A DNA stretch of 64,000 nucleotides from Eledone cirrhosa (GCA_964016885.1 OZ024740.1:259408001-259472000), one strand, 5' to 3'. Positions 26,329 through 40,098 are shown, numbered from the stretch's first letter. Numbers and translations: made by a program. The notes: a model not told the origin generated them from the sequence alone.

Positions 26329-27725
26329 TCAGGTCGCTCTCAGATGCTACTGGTAACATGTAATCCAGTACAACCTGTCTCATAGTTGGGTCATCGGTGA
26401 CTAAACCGGCAACCTCACCAAGCTTGCTTGGTGAGGAGGATGATATTTGGACACCCGGCGGGATGAAATATAAGACCCGGCAAAGGGCGGAGGAAGTCAA
26501 CGGCCATCCAAATAGTACCTTTTTTTTTTGTTTCCACCTGGGAGTGAAAGGCCCCAGTTGTTGTCACAACACTTTTCTAGGAGAGGGAAACTCTGAAAAA
26601 AAAACCCTGCAGCTTCAGAAGCATCCAATGGTGTTGATCGGTTCTCCTTTTCGAGTAGTGTTTTCAATGCTCAGAGAGTTGGATTGGTTGTATGCCTTTC
26701 CCCACTTTAAAAACCTTCAAAGCACTGGCATTTTTTGTTCAGGATCTGTTACAGGTTCATGTGGCTGGCCATAGCCTAAAAATGCAAACTCTATGATGAC
26801 AAATAATGACCTTGAAGTCAATGGCAGTAAGGAGTCTGGTCTGACCTGGCAGGTGTCCCATGGCATGTGGGCTCGGTCGTCATCCTGCAACTGCAAAGAG
26901 GTTCAAACCTATGAATAATGGATGCTGGTGTGGATTCAATGATTGGATAATGTCCATGAGAATCCCACTGATTCAAAACCACTTTGTGATTCTGGTCAGT
27001 GTGTACACTCGTACCATGTGCGCTAGTGATGATGAAAAACTAGCCTTCTACATTTCTCTGAAAGAGGTCATCCTTAGTATACCTTATGCAGACAAGATTG
27101 TCATCCTTGGTGATTTTAATGCACGTGTTAATAATGACTGGAAAGCTTGGAGTGGGAAAGTGTAATAACAGTGGCCTACTTCTGTTGCAGATGTGCGTTG
27201 GAATGGATCTTGTTGTTAGAAATATGCTCTTTCAGCAGAAATACAAATATAAGACAACTTAGATGCATCCAGGTTCCAAGAAGTGGCACCTTATTGACCT
27301 TGTTTTAACGAACAAACATGATGTCAGGGATATCACATTGGTTTGTTTATTGCGAGGCGTGGAATGTTGTACTGACCATCATCTGGTGTGCGCCTTGTTT
27401 CAATTTGTTGTGAAGCCCAAAGTAAGAAGGAAGAAGGTTGCACTTCCAAAACGACTAACCGTGGCTCATCTAAAAACAGCAGAAGTCAGAACTCAGCTGT
27501 TGAAGCCTCTTGAGTTCGTGGAATGTGAAAACACATGGGTATCATTGAAGAAAACTGTGATGTCAGTGCTGGAGTTTTAGGTCAAACCAATAGAAAGCAT
27601 AAGGACTGGTTTGATGAAAATGATGCAGTGATCCAGGCCTTGCTGGAAGAGAAACAAAAAGTGCTGACATCATTATTGTGTGAGACACGTTCTGACAAGA
27701 GCGACCAGACCTTCAAGCAGATCAG
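26329..27725 (+). mobile_element. 5' part of a decayed RTE (leader + endonuclease)
   Basis: Leader shared with 58241 and 63143; VILGDFNARV, HPGSKKWHLIDLVL, TDHHLV, KHKDWFDEND. Confidence 0.82.
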
Positions 27726-27739
27726 TGGGGCAGAGGATG

Positions 27740-29158
27740 GAATTTCTACCTACACCTTTCTTACATACAGAACAAGGCCATTTTCCCTGAGGGGATCTGG
27801 GTTCTGTTTTATCTTCTACTTATGAGGACCTTAGTCTTTGTCAGATTGACTTTAAGACCCCCTTCCTTCTAGGCACTGCTTCCTAGTTCCACCAGCAATG
27901 AGCATAAGATCCTCTGCATACAGAAGTTCCCATGGGCAGCCGGTCTTAAATTCCTCTGTTATAGCCTGCAGAATGATAATAAACAGGAGCAGGCTAAGGA
28001 CAGAGCCCTGGTGGATGCTATAGTCATTGTTAATCCTGACTTTACTGACTGCTCCTCTATACATGGCTTATACAGCCTTCACAAGCCACTCATCTACTCC
28101 TAGTTTTCTAAGTGCCCACCAAATTATGTCACGGAGCACTCTGTCGAAAGCTTTGTCCAGAGAGGTTTACTTTTAGAAGCGAGGTACTTTTCCTGTAACT
28201 GTCTCACAAGGAAGAGGGCATTAGTGGTGCTTTTGCCTGGCACATATCCAAACTGCATCTCATCTAGATTTACCCTGTCCCTAATCAACTGCTATGACAC
28301 TTTTTGTTATTTTCATGAGCTGGTCCATCAACTTTATACCTCTATAGTTTCCTCTATCTAGCGCATCCCCTTTACCCTTATAGCAATTGACAATGATGCT
28401 GCTGCACCTATCATATGGTATAGCGCTATCTAGTATTACTTGATTTTCAATACATGTGGTTATGGTGTGTCTTACTGACCTAGATGCTTTCAGCATCTCA
28501 GCAACTATTCCTGGTGGACCGGCTGCTTTCCCAGTTTTCATATCCTTAATTGCCTTACTAACTACACTGCTACTGACTTGTACTGCTGGGCCTTCAATGG
28601 GGTCTGCTTGGTGTAGGGTCTCTTTCTCCAATGCATTCTTTTCATTCAGTAATCTTTCATAATGGCTCTCCCTTGCTTCTTTCTTCTCAACATCTGTGAG
28701 AGCAAGTACACCTTTATCATCCCAGATACACTTCTCAATTTTCGACATAGCAATTTTCACTAACACACTGCTTTGCAATCTTGAACACCTGTTTCTGGTC
28801 TTCATGCTGCAAAACACGCTTGAATTTTTTATCCTCCGCTTCCCTTTTAGCAAAGTATACTTGTCACCTAGCTTCGCTCCTGGTCTCTATGTAATGTACT
28901 CTGCTTCCCCCATTCTTCCATTCTTTCTATGCCTGTCTCTTGGCCTTAACTGCCTCATCTACCTTATTGTTCCACCACCAAGTTACTCTCCTCCTGCTTG
29001 TGGTCTTACTCCACCCACAGATTTCGTCTGTCGTTTTTAGTAGGTTATTTTTTAGGAACTCCCAGTGCTCTTCTACATTGAATGTCTTTATCTGTTCTTC
29101 TTTACTGTCATAGGCATCAAGTAAAATATCTCTGAATTTGTTACTTGCTGAGGGATCA
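27740..29158 (-). mobile_element. Internal RTE fragment
   Basis: KTGKAAGPPGIVAEMLK, NYRGIKL, HQGSVLS, GCPWELLYAED. Confidence 0.9.
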
Positions 29159-29574
29159 TAGATAGTGTAGATGGCTGCTGACTGAGGTGTTTATCCAACC
29201 TTTTTTTTATATACAGTTACAAATTGTCGGATTAATAACCTTATCTGTAGAGATGCTTTACCGTAAAATCTGCTGTATTTGAATGCTGTAAATAATTTTA
29301 AGTAATAAATTATGAGGTATTGACTATAGATCTCTTTGAGGAAAATGTAAATATGCACATTATGGTAGTCCTTGGTTTTAGGTAGACCCAATGCAAAGAA
29401 CTTGAATTTGCACATTTGTATGATACACACATGCACAAACGCGTATACATGCATACATACATGTGTGTGTTTCATGTAAACGTTTTCTTTGACTAATAAG
29501 TCAAATTCCCGCATTGCACAGGACTAGATTATAACACTTTTTTCTCAGTTTTTATCAGTTATTAGTGGTTAGAC

Positions 29575-30046
29575 CAGTTTTTCACAATGGGTGTTCCTCA
29601 GAACCCTAAGGGTTTTTTAAGAGGTTACTATGGGTTCTGCAAGAAACAGTGGTAAATAAGCTATCTATGATAAATAAACCAGTTATTCAAAAACATATAT
29701 TATGTTTAACACATGAACAAGAAAAATATAAAAAATATAGATATTAATAATTGTTTCTACTTTTGGCACAAGGCCAGCAAATACCCAGTGTATTACTGGT
29801 ACTTTATTTTATCAATCCCGTAAGGATGAAAGGCAAAGTTAACCTCAGCGGGATTTGAACTCCGAATGGCAAGGACCGTAACTCTATGCGTCAAAGCATG
29901 GCGTCCAACCCTCTACCGACACTGCCAATCCACCGCCCTCAATATAGATATTAATAATGGTACAAAATAATTTATATGCAGGGGTTCCCTGAGACATGAA
30001 AACTATTTCAAGGGTTTCACAAGGGTAAAAACGTTGAGAAAAGCTG
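29575..30046. mobile_element. hAT/Charlie-like MITE carrying a SINE insertion
   Basis: Imperfect TIR CAGTTTTTCACAA / TTGAGAAAAGCTG; flanks resemble GTCTAGAC targets; GGGTTCC-type subterminal motifs. Confidence 0.55.
29752..29940 (-). mobile_element. tRNA-derived SINE with 18-bp TSD
   Basis: TSD AATATAGATATTAATAAT at 29734-29751 and 29941-29958; A and B boxes; shared core. Confidence 0.88.
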
Positions 30047-31292
30047 GTCTACAATATAAACATTTGTTTGTTTTTACTACAAGCACTTTTTTTGTTTGTT
30101 TTTTGTTTTAGTTAATTTGCTCATTATCATTTACTGCTGTCAGCTACTTGCACAATAATTAAAAGAATGGCTAGAATGAAAATGAAAGAAATCAAACAAA
30201 ATGAAATGTACATTATTGATTTGTACATGTAAATTTTATAGGCAGTGAATTAGCAGAGTCATTAGAATGTCAGATAGAATACTCTCTGGTATTCATCAGG
30301 CTCTCTGCTCTCTCAGTTCAAATCCCACCAAGGTCAACTTTGCTTTTCATCTTTTCAAGATCAATATAAAATTACCAGTCAAGTATTGGGGTTGATTCTT
30401 CCTCTATATCTCTTTCTCACTTCCTCTCTATCAATCTCAATCCTTCTCTGGAAAAATTATTAGTTTTAAAGAGAAAAGAGAAATATAAATTTCAAATTAT
30501 TTATTTTCAAAAGGAATATCATATAAAGAAAATGAAATATTACAGGAAAGGATATCTTGATGGTACCACCCATGTAAACACACATATCCAATGAAGTGAC
30601 GATTAAGAGTTGGGCTCCGATCACCTGATCAAACCCGAGCTGATCGATATAAAAACAATTGTAATATGCAATAAAGTTTCACAAAAAGCTGCAAATCTGA
30701 CTTCTTATTGTCACTCTATATATATACACTCTGCAAACTACAGCCAACTCAAAGCTGCAGCACAACCAAACGAGAGACGGATCCCATAACAGCATCAAGT
30801 GCTTTGACCAGCATGGCCACTAGTAACCACAAGTTACTCATATAATAACCTTTATATATATATATATATCATCATCATCATCATCGTTTAACGTCTATCT
30901 TCCACGCTACCATGGGTTAGACAGGAGTTGTCCCACTTGAGGCAAGATTGATAGGACTATCTGGCAAGTTTTCTAGAGCTGGATGCTCTTCCTAACACCA
31001 ACCACATTTACAGTGTGGACTGGGAACTTTTTACCGTGTTACCTACACGGTCACATTACAGCGTGGACTGTGTGTTTTTTTTTTGTTGTGACACCTACAC
31101 AATCTCATTAGTTTGGACTGGATGTTGTGATACCCTACTATCACCATCATCGTCACACTCATCTCTATCACCATCATCACCACCACCTTCATCATCAATT
31201 TATCACTTGTATTACCATGTAGAACAACAAGAAGTTAAAAGGTACTTTACCATTTCTCTTCTATATATTTCCAATTCTTTGTTCCATTCTAG

Positions 31293-31322
31293 GTCTCTTC
31301 ACATTGCTGCTTGAAGACTTTG
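31293..31322 (+). CDS. BAP1: BAP1 coding exon 2
   Basis: ag|GT CTC TTC ACA TTG CTG CTT GAA GAC TTT G|gtaagt = (G)LFTLLLEDF(G); 30 nt. Confidence 0.96.
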
Positions 31323-31858
31323 GTAAGTTTTGTCACTTTTTAAAAGTTTCTCAAATTTGAGATAATGATAAAAATAAACTATTGTTGAAATGGTGCCTTA
31401 ATAAATCCACCTAGTCATAAGCATTAACCCTTTTGTTAGTATAATATTCATAAAAGGCACTGCCTATGATTTCCAAATAACTTTGAAAATAATCAAAAAT
31501 TTGGAGGAATTTAGTAATATAACCTTCCCATTATTAAGCTGGTGTTTGGAGCATAACAAATGTACTTACATAAAATTATGATGGAACGGTTTTAGATAAA
31601 TATAAACATTAACCCTTTCGTTATTATATTTCTAATGAAAGACACTGCCTATGATATTCAAATCATTTTGAAACTAATCAAAAATTTTTAGGGATTTAGT
31701 AAAATAACTAACTTTCTCATTATTAAGCTGGTTTTTGGAACATAAATATTTTTACATAAAATTACAATGGAAGGGTTTTTAGATAAATATAAACGCTTTA
31801 AAGCAGCTTTGTATCATAGAACTAGGGGCAGTTTCAGGTGGTTTGGTATTAAAGAAGT

Positions 31859-33986
31859 TGTAGCAAGAGTTGCCTCCCTTGTTATGACAATCACATCACC
31901 GCTCTCTAGACAGGAAGTAGCTGGAGTTACTTCCCGTTGGGGTGGCAGAACCCTTTTTGTCACTTCTGTCCTGGGACCCTATAAAAGGGATGGGTCAGGG
32001 CGATCTCACTCTCTTCTAACCTGCCTGGCCCTTCGGCCAGACGCGTTCGCCTGGCAACCCTAACATGGTCTCTTGCGAGCTAACTTCAAAACGGTAACAA
32101 ATAACTTTACTTCATTCTTTCATCTACTCATGGACATGTCAACAATTCTATTCTACATAGCTTCAACTTGTTAATTAAACTTTATACACACAACTGAGTC
32201 TTTTGTTATATTCATACACGCCAGTGTTTTGTTATAAGTGGTGACCCCGAAAAAAATGACAGGATCTGGTGCTGTGTGAATATATATAAAAAAATTAATT
32301 AGCAGTACCCCATTTTCGTTGGAATGTGTCGACCAACATTTCGAATGCGCAGCAAACTTTATTAACAAACTAGGAAAAATACGCAGACACAGAAACGAAC
32401 ACACGCACATGTAAAATTCTCGTTTAGACAGACTCTTTTTCTCTCACGCACATCAACTGAGTGTCGCATTTCACTGGATGTATATATATGTTTTTCGTTT
32501 CTTCTTACAACGAACATTTAAAAAAAAAAAAGAAATTTAATTTGATTTTTTTTTACACATTTCAACATGAACATTTATTTTCGCTGAATCTCAACTATTG
32601 CTTATTCTTTCCGCCAAGCATTTTTCATCGTTCACAAAAAAGTTGAACTCGCCATATTTGTTATACCAAGTGAAGCCTTTCTTTCTTTTTCATCATATTA
32701 TCACGTTCACACGCCAATTTTTTCAAAATGGCTGCCAACGACCTGTTGCACTATCATTTTCGCGCCATTTTCTCGCGCAATAGAAATTTTTTTTTTTTCA
32801 ACTTGACTTTAACCTTGTTTCAGCATGTGTGGGGAGCACACATCTCGACTCACTGAGATAACACACGCCATAGATAATGTTTCTTGCCAAGGATTCTCCA
32901 GCCTTAAGCTATGTTCTCCTATTTGCTGGTTTAAAAATTTACCTCGTAAATTTGCCATTGAAAACTGCGCATTTATTCAGAATGCTTATTTCTTTGGTCG
33001 CTGGCCTCTTGACCCTTCCAGGTCAACGCATTCTCAACATCGACCATCAACTGTGGCTGTTATTTCTAGCACTTTGCGCAACTCATTTTTTCTGGGAAAG
33101 ATTTCACTGTGAATGGAAACAACATCGAATATGCTCACTCCGCGAGACAACAACATCAACAACCAAAACCAGCAGAACAAAACAGAGAATTTATTTTTGC
33201 AGCACTCTTCCTGTGAGAAAATCCCACCGATTTTCACATTGTACCACAGTCTACAGACCACCTGCATACATTCTCTGGATGACACACTTTCTTTCCTGCT
33301 GTCATGTGATTGCATACCTGTGAACTGTATTTTGAACATTTGAACTTTGACCTCTTCTTTTACTTTGATTACATTGTATCTTTGAGTGATGGATAGATAG
33401 ATGTCCAGTCGTTCTCTGGCCAAGAGCAGTTGGCTACCTTGATATCTAGCATTGATTTTTGCATTCATATATTTTGCTGTTTTCCTTTTAGTGCAAACAT
33501 TATTTTTTTCGTAATTTTCATGCCTGGACTTTGGTGTTACATGCTCACCATCTTACTCCATACATGGTTCATTCGATTTTTATATTTTAAAAATCTGGTG
33601 GGAGCTAATGTAGCAAGAGTTGCCTCCCTTGTTATGACAATCACATCACCGCTCTCTAGACAGGAAGTAGCTGGAGTTACTTCCAGTTGGGGTGGCAGAA
33701 CCCTTTTTGTCACTTCCGCCCTGGGATCCTATAAAAGGGATGGGTCAGGGCAATCTCACTCTCTTCTAACCTGCCTGGCCCTTCGGCCAGGCGCATTCAC
33801 CTGGCAACCCTAACATGGTCTCTTGCGAGCTAACTTCAAAACGGTAACAAATAACTTTACTTCATTCTTTCATCTACTCATGGACATGTCAACTATACTA
33901 TTCTACATAACTTCAACTTGTTAATTAAACTTTATACACACAACTGAGTCTTTTGTTATATTCATACACGCCAGTGTTTTGTTATA
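31859..33986 (+). mobile_element. Non-autonomous LTR retrotransposon (Gypsy-like signals) in BAP1 intron 2
   Basis: 378-bp LTRs at 31859-32236 and 33609-33986 (~11 differences); TSD AAGT; PBS TGGTGACCCCGA (tRNA-Trp); PPT-like TGGTGGGAG; TATAAAA in LTR; no gag/pol recognised. Confidence 0.92.
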
Positions 33987-34259
33987 AAGTTAAGCTTATG
34001 TTTAGAACAAACAAAAGTTCTAATGTAAAATTTTGATGGAGGGATTTTAGATAAATATAAACATTATAAAACAAGCAGTTAGGTATTGTTGAATCAGGAG
34101 CAGTTTCAGGTAGTTTGGTATTAAAAGGATTAAACACATAATTTCGTTTTTCTTGTTTATTTTCTAATCCTGTCATTTCAATGCTAAAATTGTGTCTGTA
34201 TTTTTTATTAATTCCAAATAAACATGATATTACTAATTGATTATATTGATTTTCTTCAG

Positions 34260-34314
34260 GTGTTCAAGGTGTGCAGGTGGAAGAAATCTATGATCTACAG
34301 AAACAGATAGAAGG
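34260..34314 (+). CDS. BAP1: BAP1 coding exon 3
   Basis: cag|...|gtatga, 55 nt; VQGVQVEEIYDLQKQIE(G). Confidence 0.96.
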
Positions 34315-34855
34315 GTATGACACAGTTTGATGCATGTTTTTCTGAGAATGGTTTGTCTTTTTAATGAGTCCTGGTCATGGCTGTGAACATTTAAAGTGTT
34401 ACACTGGTGTGTGGCTTAATGGTTAGCATCTTTGGCTGTGTGTGGCTTAATGGTTAGCATCTTCGGCTCATAACTGCAAGCTGTGCGTTCAATACTCACT
34501 GGCGCATTGTATCCTTAAGCAAGATACTTTATTTCACATTGCTCCAGTCCATTCAACTGGAAAATGTGAATTGTACTGGCAATTCAAAGGGTCAGCCTTA
34601 TCTTAGAGTATATCATTTTGCTTCTTGAGAACTACATTAAGGGTAATATCATTTCAGCATCAACACTACCATCATCCTCATCATCGTCACTACCATAATC
34701 AATATCAACATCAATGCAATCATCATCAATATCAACATCAACACGATCATCATCATCACTACCATCATCAATATCATCACTAACATCAACTCCGTCATTA
34801 TCATAACTTTCACATCACCATAACCTCAACATGTTCTTTCAATTTTCTCCTTCAG

Positions 34856-34985
34856 ACCTGTCTATGGTTTTATTTTCCTCTTTCGGTGGATAGAAGAAAG
34901 AAGATGTCGACGTAAAACCAATACAGAAGAGGAATTCTTCCTGATAGATGAGAAAGCAGTGAACAGTATCTTCTTTGCTAAACAG
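34856..34985 (+). CDS. BAP1: BAP1 coding exon 4
   Basis: cag|...|gtaata, 130 nt; [43 protein letters not shown] (oxyanion Gln). Confidence 0.96.
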
Positions 34986-35881
34986 GTAATAGTTCTTCGT
35001 ATTTGTTTGTAATGGAGAGCTATAGGCAGCAAATGGCAGAGTCGTTAGTGTCAGATAGAATGTTTTGTGGTATTCATTCCAACTCTGTGCTCTAAGTTCA
35101 AATCCTACCAAGGTAAACTTTGCCTTTCAACCTGTTAAAGTTGATAAAAGAAAGTACCAGTCCAGTACTGGGGTTGATTCTTTCTCTAGAAGAAATCAGC
35201 TATGATCAGACTTGGAGAGAGGATAGATTCCCCCAGGTGTAAATATTCCCAAGATATGCTGTTTGGGAATATGGCTTCCCTATGACTCCACCTGGAGTTA
35301 TGAGTCCATTTATTCATTCAATAGAGTCATAGTTTTACATAGCCTCTTAGAACTAGGAAATAGCAGGAAAGACATGAAGGTTTTTAGAGTTGTTTAGCTA
35401 TTTAGTCAAGAAGAGTTGACATAGCATGGCCAAATACTTAAGAGGTTTCCTCTGCAATCATTCGGTCCCAAGTACAATCACACTGAAAGCATCTTGGGCA
35501 AGTGTTATTTAACATAGCCTCTTAGAATGAGGAAACGCAACATGACCATATGCTGAAGAATTGGTTCTTCTATTGTCCTGTTGTTCAATTGAGTATCCCA
35601 CAGACACGTGTACTTAAAATAATCCTCAGGTAGAATCAATATGATACAGTGAACAACACATGGATGGCCCGAGAAAGAAACTAAGTTGACCAATGCCTTC
35701 TGAGTAGAATTTGGTGGACAGAAACTGCAGATGTCCATCATATATATATATCCCACCCTTGCAAGCAGGGAAGAGCGGACGTAAAATGATGATATATATA
35801 TATATATATAATACATTATAAAGAAAGAAGAAACATTAGATATAATTAATAAGATATACCATACCCAAATTTCCTCATTAC

Positions 35882-35974
35882 TCCTCGACTACGTAGTTTC
35901 GTGGCATATTATGGAAAAACACTACATCACAGAGATGCAGTATTTTTGTGAGGTTTGCCGACTTATCAAGAGGA
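35882..35974 (-). ncRNA. Type I hammerhead ribozyme, U3:A8 core variant (inverted copy)
   Basis: Minus strand: TCCTC-TTGATAA-GTCGGC...GCCAC-GAAAC-TACGTA-GTC-GAGGA. Confidence 0.72.
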
Positions 35975-36434
35975 TACCTCATTTAGAGTTTTAAAACACA
36001 TCCGTAGGACGCGAGATAGAATCCCGAAAGGCGGAGGGGGAGTCAATCACGTGATACAGCGGTCAAGAAACAGAGCTAAGCCTCTTACAACCAAGAAAAA
36101 AATACCACAAAAGGCAGAGGGGGTATTTATATCAAAGCCGTAGAAGAGATGGCTAGAAGTTTTAGTAATGATAGCTATTCAGCAGTCACTACACTTCAAT
36201 GGTTACTCAACCATAGGGAGTTATAAACAATATAAAGAAATACATAGATACATGCGGACACATACATATACATGAATATATCCACATGTGGCCCTGAATT
36301 TGTGGTGCCAACCTCACCAATGTTGCTCTATGAATAACTGGGACAAAATAATCCGAATGGATTAGATTGATTCAGTATCAGAGCTATATAATACATTATA
36401 AAGAAAGATGTGTTTTGAAACTCTAAATGAGGTA

Positions 36435-36527
36435 TCCTCTTGATAAGTCGGCAAACCTCACAAAAATACTGTATCTCTGTGATGTAGTGTTTTTGTATAA
36501 TAAGCCACGAAACTACGTAGTCGAGGA
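36435..36527 (+). ncRNA. Type I hammerhead ribozyme, U3:A8 core variant
   Basis: Stem I TCCTC/GAGGA; core TTGATAA; stem II; GAAAC; palindromic stem III ACTACGTAGT; predicted cleavage after GTC at 36522. Confidence 0.75.
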
Positions 36528-36634
36528 GTAATGAGGAAATTTGGGTATAGTATATCTTATTAATTATATCTAATGTTTCTTCTTTCTTTATAATGTATTA
36601 TATAGCTCTGATACTGAATCAATCTAATCCATTA

Positions 36635-36665
<31 letters not shown>

Positions 36666-36779
36666 ATACACACATATATGTGTCTTAGTGGTTAGAGAAT
36701 TGGCTTCACAATCATGAGGTTGCGAATTCAGCTATTGATAGTTCCATACAAACATTGATCTGAAATAAACACATATATG

Positions 36780-37200
36780 AAGGCGCGTGGCTGAGTGGTT
36801 AGAGAATTGGATTGGCAATCGTGAGGTTGTGAGTTCGATTTCCAGAGCGGACAATGCATTATGTCCTTGAGCAAGACATTTTATTTCACGTTGCTCTTTC
36901 TGCCAGGAGTTGCAACCAATAGATAGTATCAACAATGGAAATATTGTTTCTTTGGTCAAATTTAACGAGTTCCACCCGCTCACTCGGTAAGCAAATAAGG
37001 TCTGGAGTCTTATCAATCATAAAAAAAAAATGTGTGTGTTACTTTCTATGTTCTGTAATTTAGTAGTTTGACAAAAAGAGATTGATAAAATAGGTAGCAG
37101 ACTTGAAAATATAGTACTAGGGTTGATGTTATCAATTAAATCAAGGCAGTGCCCCTGCATGGCCACAATCTAATGACTGAAACCAGTAAAAGAGTCAAAT
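36780..37200 (+). mobile_element. tRNA-derived SINE (second family), decayed
   Basis: Head GGCGCGTGGCTGAGTGGTTAGAG..GAGTTCGATTTCC, TGTCCTTGAGCAAGACA motif; related heads near 34406 and 38058. Confidence 0.7.
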
Positions 37201-37224
37201 AAATTCTGTTTCCTTACTTTTCAG

Positions 37225-37344
37225 GTTATACCAAACTCTTGTGCCACCCATGCTTTACTTAGTATTCTTCTAAACAATGACAAAGTCAGACATGGTAAAA
37301 CTCTCTCTAAACTCAAGGAATTTACAAAGAATATGAACCCAGAA
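37225..37344 (+). CDS. BAP1: BAP1 coding exon 5 (catalytic Cys)
   Basis: cag|...|gtaagt, 120 nt; [40 protein letters not shown]. Confidence 0.97.
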
Positions 37345-38658
37345 GTAAGTTCCAACAGACATTCGGACATTATTCACTCTCTCTTTTCTTTAGTGTCTGT
37401 TGGTTTGTGTCTTTTGTTTATCTTCTGAGTAAACACTGAAACTGTATAAGCACATCTGACATATGTGTGTTTGTGTGTGTAGAAGTGATTGAACTGAGTG
37501 TATAAATGCCTGTTATTTTCTAACATTAAAATAACAATAACGGTATATCTCATCATCATCACCGTTAAAAATCCATTTTTCTATGCCAGCATGAGTTAGA
37601 TTCATTGTCCTGTTATGAGTCAAGCCAGATCCAATTACTGTCTTGATTATACAGAACAGTTTCTGGCTTGATTTCTACAGCTGGATGACCTTCCTATTGT
37701 CAACCACATTGGGATGGGGTGAGGGAGGTGCATGGAGATTAGAGAGGTAGATCTAGGCTGGAGTGCTAGAATGCCATTATCATCATCACTTTTTACCATT
37801 CATTTTTCCAAACTAGCATGGGTTAGACGAGTTGTCCCTTTGTGAGACTAGTCAGATCAGATGACTGTGTCTTGCTCATACAGAACTTTCTGGCTCAGTT
37901 TCTTCAGCTGGATGCCCTTCCTAACACCAACCACATTTACAGTGTAGACTGGGTGTTTTTTATCATGGCACCAAAACAACCACCTTACAGGGTGGACTGG
38001 GTGCTTTTTGTCATGTTAACAACACAACTACTTTACATATATATATATATCAATATAGGTATAGCTGAGTGCTTAAGTTCACTTCACAATCCTGGGGTCT
38101 CAGGTTTGATCCTGTTATGTGGCATCTTGATCAAGTATGTTTTACTATGGCATGGAGTTGACCCAAGCTTTGTAAGTGTAATCAGGTAGATGGAAACAGT
38201 GTGAAAGCCTATCAGATGAATTATACTTCTAATCCAGAGGTCTAAACTTGTCTCATATGGTACCATGTTTATTTTTGCCTGCAAATTACATTTAGAATAT
38301 GTGCATCTATGGAATACACAGCCACTCTCATGGTAATTTAAGTAAGTAACACAGTTGCTTGAACAGCTGTAGATTCATCATCAAACGTGACAAAGGATTT
38401 ATCATCATCAAAACCCATTTGTGAAAAAATATAATTACATATCAACGACACAACAAACTCACTAATGCTGGTGTCATAGTAAAATACACCCAGTACGCTC
38501 TATAAAGTGGTAGTGCTGGTGTTACAGTAAAATGCTGAGAGGTTAGTAATTACTTGACCCATTCCACTCATGTCAACACAGAAAGATGGACATTAAATGA
38601 TGATGTGAATTCCATTGTTTATAAAAGTTTTGTATGATTTGTTTTTGTTTGTTTTCAG

Positions 38659-38720
38659 GATAAAGGTCACGCTATTGGTAATATGCCAGAACTTGCTAGA
38701 GCTCACAACAGCCATGCCAG
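38659..38720 (+). CDS. BAP1: BAP1 coding exon 6
   Basis: cag|...|gtaata, 62 nt; DKGHAIGNMPELARAHNSHA(R). Confidence 0.97.
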
Positions 38721-38990
38721 GTAATATGTTAAAACTGTTCTGGATTTTGTGTAAAATATCAGTCAAACTGGAAAGAGAATTGTAAGAGAGAAAGCATAGT
38801 GGAGTAACAAGTCTTTATGGAAAGGGAGTAGTGAGAGAGAGAAAGAAAGAGCAGTGGTGTAACAAGTCTTTATGGAAAGTGAAAAATATTGTTTTTAAAG
38901 GGTTGAATGTTAGCTCTCGACATCAGTTATATTTGTGATCCCCCTGTCACGACCATGTTACATCTGTCTCTGTCTTCTATTGTCTCTCAG

Positions 38991-39133
38991 ACCAGAACCA
39001 CGACACCTTCCAGAGAAACAACAAGGAATATCAACTGTTCGTACAATGGAAGCATTCCATTTTGTGAGTTATGTACCCATAAATGGCCACCTCTTTGAAC
39101 TGGATGGTCTCAAGCCATACCCCATCGATCATG
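38991..39133 (+). CDS. BAP1: BAP1 coding exon 7 (catalytic His and Asp)
   Basis: cag|...|gtaggt, 143 nt; [47 protein letters not shown](G). Confidence 0.97.
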
Positions 39134-39684
39134 GTAGGTATTCTTCTTGGAATCTTGTATAACTATTAACCATAATTGCTCTTTTTTTTCCACGCTTGTC
39201 ATCACTATCATTGTTTAATGTTTGTTTTTCCATGCTGAGGGTTATGTTTTGCTTATGTACACTCCTGCCCATCTTTACAGAGTGCACTGGGTGCATTTTA
39301 TTGTATGTGTGCTTGTGTGGATTATTATGTGAATCTGCATGAGTGTTTCTATATATTATATATGTATCTGTGTGTGTGTTATATATGTGTGTCTGTGTTG
39401 TTTTGTTATCTATATGGTTGTGATGTATGTATGTATAGCAGATTAGCTGTATAAATCTACTACACATTATATTCTGCTGTAGTCATAAGGTTTTATACTC
39501 TCTCTACCCTTTTATCTGCTTTACATCTGTTGTATGTCTGCTCTACATCTGTTCTTTATTTATTGTACTGTGCCTTTTCGACATCTGTTCTACACCTGCT
39601 TTGCATCTGTTCCACACCTGTTGTCCATCTGCTCTACAGCTACTGGGCATCTGTTACACATGTTATACCATTTTTTATTTCCAG

Positions 39685-39763
39685 GACCATGGCAAGAAAA
39701 TGAAGACTGGACTGAGAAATTTCGTCGTGTCATATCTGAAAGACTTGGCACAGGTACTGGAGG
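39685..39763 (+). CDS. BAP1: BAP1 coding exon 8
   Basis: cag|...|gtaagt, 79 nt; [25 protein letters not shown](G). Confidence 0.96.
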
Positions 39764-40098
39764 GTAAGTTTGCCCATTTTAAACCACCTGAACAATCAGC
39801 AGTAGTATCAAGAATATTCTGGGTTCAAATTATCTTTACTACTACTGCCAGCAACATTACATCATCACCACCACCACTATATAAATATCATCATCATCAT
39901 TGTTTTTACTATTACTAATATCAACATACCATTATCCCTACCACCACAGCCACTACACCAGCATCCTCACCACCATATTAACATTAATACCACCATTACA
40001 TAAACATGGACTTCATCTTTACCACCACCACCACTTCATCACCACAGCAGCAATATCATTACTACCTCCAACATACCCTCATCACCACCAACACCTAC

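Noticed and set aside
36781-36850. tRNA gene-like A/B boxes here and in other SINE heads
   Set aside because: No complete cloverleaf; they continue into SINE bodies
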